A stretch of DNA of 64,000 bases from an uncultured Acidobacteriaceae bacterium (GTDB lineage: Bacteria; Acidobacteriota; Terriglobia; Terriglobales; Acidobacteriaceae): NCBI GenBank assembly GCA_963775845.1, contig CAVZKN010000004.1, positions 216,865 to 280,864 on the forward strand, read 5' to 3'. Of this stretch, positions 62,917 through 64,000 are shown piece after piece; the first letter of the stretch is position 1, and each line of letters opens with the position of its first letter. Under the pieces are notes generated by a model. It had not been told where the DNA came from. It was given only the letters and a program-made list of their open reading frames with translations, and searched no databases. Both the position numbers and the translations under genes were made by a program.

Positions 62917-63186
62917 GTGTTCAACGAACCCAACTTTGCATTTGAACTCTCCCGACATGCCACCAGCCTCTGGTCGAAAAATGAACCGGATAGTGATCTC
63001 CCCACTACGCCAGATCCCGGCAAAAATAATCCGGAAGGTGGACCCCATCTTCCCACCATGCCCGATCCCGTTCGTGACCCGGAAAACGGATACCGTCTTC
63101 CCACCGATCCCGACCCCGTCGACAAGCCGCGGGAAATTCGCGATCCCCTGACCGATAGCGATCAAGCCATCGAGCGAATTGCTTAG
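62917..63186 (+). CDS. Hypothetical Pro/Asp-rich protein built on three tandem repeats of about 16 aa
   Basis: AAGGAG (62905-62910) lies 6 nt before the GTG. The repeats are LPTTPDPGKNNPEGGPH, LPTMPDPVRDPENGYR and LPTDPDPVDKPREIRD, encoded at 62998-63144. Confidence 0.5.
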   Translation: MFNEPNFAFELSRHATSLWSKNEPDSDLPTTPDPGKNNPEGGPHLPTMPDPVRDPENGYRLPTDPDPVDKPREIRDPLTDSDQAIERIA

Positions 63187-63329
63187 CATACGAAGGCGCG
63201 GAAACAGCAGCAGATTCGCGCCCACCGCCCTACAGGGTTATCCCACGGTCGCTAGACACACCACTGGATGGTGGACGATGCGGCCCTTCGCTACGATCGC
63301 CGCTGGAAGATTCAGCCAAGGAGGCCTCC

Positions 63330-63443
63330 ATGAAAATAACCGCTCCGAGAGTGATGGGTACCGTGACGTTGCTGCTGGCTGGCTACATGATCGTTACATC
63401 GATACCCGATCTGGTTCGCTACATAAGAATTAGTACGATGTAG
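63330..63443 (+). CDS. Small single-span membrane protein (37 aa; below the ORF-track cutoff)
   Basis: AAGGAGG is 6 nt upstream of the ATG. The protein is MKITAPRVMGTVTLLLAGYMIVTSIPDLVRYIRISTM. Confidence 0.45.
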   Translation: MKITAPRVMGTVTLLLAGYMIVTSIPDLVRYIRISTM

Positions 63444-63830
63444 ATTCAACCCGGCTCGCCGCAATCTTCCCGAAGCCACGACGCCGGAACCGCAGACTTT
63501 CCGCGGCTGTCTACGAAATTATTCGATCCGCGGCTCGAACCTTTTGCAATTGAGTTCGAGCCGTGGTTCATGCGCCGGGCGCGCGTTTCTACCCAATTTA
63601 TTTTTTCTTCAGCGATAGAGAGATTGGGTTCGCCTTGACGTAATGGCGTCCCCGAGTCGAAAATCTGCTCTATCGAAACGTTAACGATGTTCATGGAGAG
63701 TTAACCCAGCGGAAGATCAGTGATGTTTGCTGGAAGTGATGTTTGTCGGCAGTCTCGAAGCTCAATCCACGTAACCCGCTGCAGTCCGAGCAACACCGGG
63801 CAAACGAGGGATGATGGGCTTAGGAATCCC

Positions 63831-64000
63831 ATGCAAATCCGTTCCATTCGTATGCTCCTGTTCGCACTCCCATTGTTGTGCATCCTGATGTTCATGCCGG
63901 CGCCCTCCTTCGGCGCAGTCGGCATCGTCGTTTCCTTCGGGCCGCCTCCGATTCCCGTTTATGACCAGCCTCTGTGCCCCGGCGATGGCTATCTCTGGAC
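63831..64000 (+). CDS. Secreted protein, 3' end outside the window
   Basis: Signal MQIRSIRMLLFALPLLCILMFMPAPSFG, then VSFGPPPIPVYDQPLCPGDGYLW. From memory this resembles the N-termini of YXWGXW-repeat proteins. Confidence 0.5.
   Translation, partial: MQIRSIRMLLFALPLLCILMFMPAPSFGAVGIVVSFGPPPIPVYDQPLCPGDGYLW

Noticed and set aside
63446-63694. An 82-aa minus-strand ORF.
   Set aside because: It has no SD, no motif, low-complexity composition and lies in a lower-GC patch. There is not enough support to call it a gene.

Overview
This window looks like a core chromosomal segment from a moderately high-GC bacterium. Gene content and the style of the short repeats suggest Acidobacteriota, but that is inference only and was not verified.

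Gene content, in order:
- **1-13.2 kb:** a carbohydrate locus with a GudD-like enolase-superfamily dehydratase, a large GH38-like hydrolase, two SDRs, a mutarotase-like protein, an RhaT-family permease, a ROK kinase, two esterases and a mannose-6-phosphate-isomerase-like protein.
- **13.25-14.3 kb:** an ORF-poor, lower-GC stretch of about 1 kb ending at a tRNA-Glu(CUC).
- **14.5-20.5 kb:** the imuA-imuB-dnaE2 mutagenesis cassette.
- **20.6-22.3 kb:** a secreted-protein/lipoprotein pair in which the lipoprotein carries pepsin-like twin D-T/S-G-S motifs.
- **22.4-37 kb:** an orphan phoU, a LysR regulator divergent from gltBD, an M48 protease, and hemE-hemH-(ORF)-hemY.
- **37-50.3 kb:** an EamA transporter, a receiver/HD-GYP regulator, a GT2, leuA-like/leuB with a divergent LysR, rpsA and a Trx2-type thioredoxin.
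- **51.5-62.3 kb:** a stress and signalling block with BON, CsbD, DUF3309-like, SYLF and YciE/F-like proteins, an ECF sigma factor, two HisKA_3 kinases, three receivers and three small paralogous ORFs.

I found no rRNA, CRISPR array, transposase, integrase or recognisable defence system, and no convincing undescribed multi-gene system.

The most unusual things I can support are:
- the pepsin-like lipoprotein pair;
- a structured in-frame insertion in dnaE2;
- period-7 and period-8 tandem micro-arrays, both inside genes and between them;
- a 27-28 nt palindromic element placed identically after two stop codons;
- a family of small W-x-E ORFs inside the two-component cluster.

Functional calls rest on motifs read from the translated ORFs. 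No database search was run.
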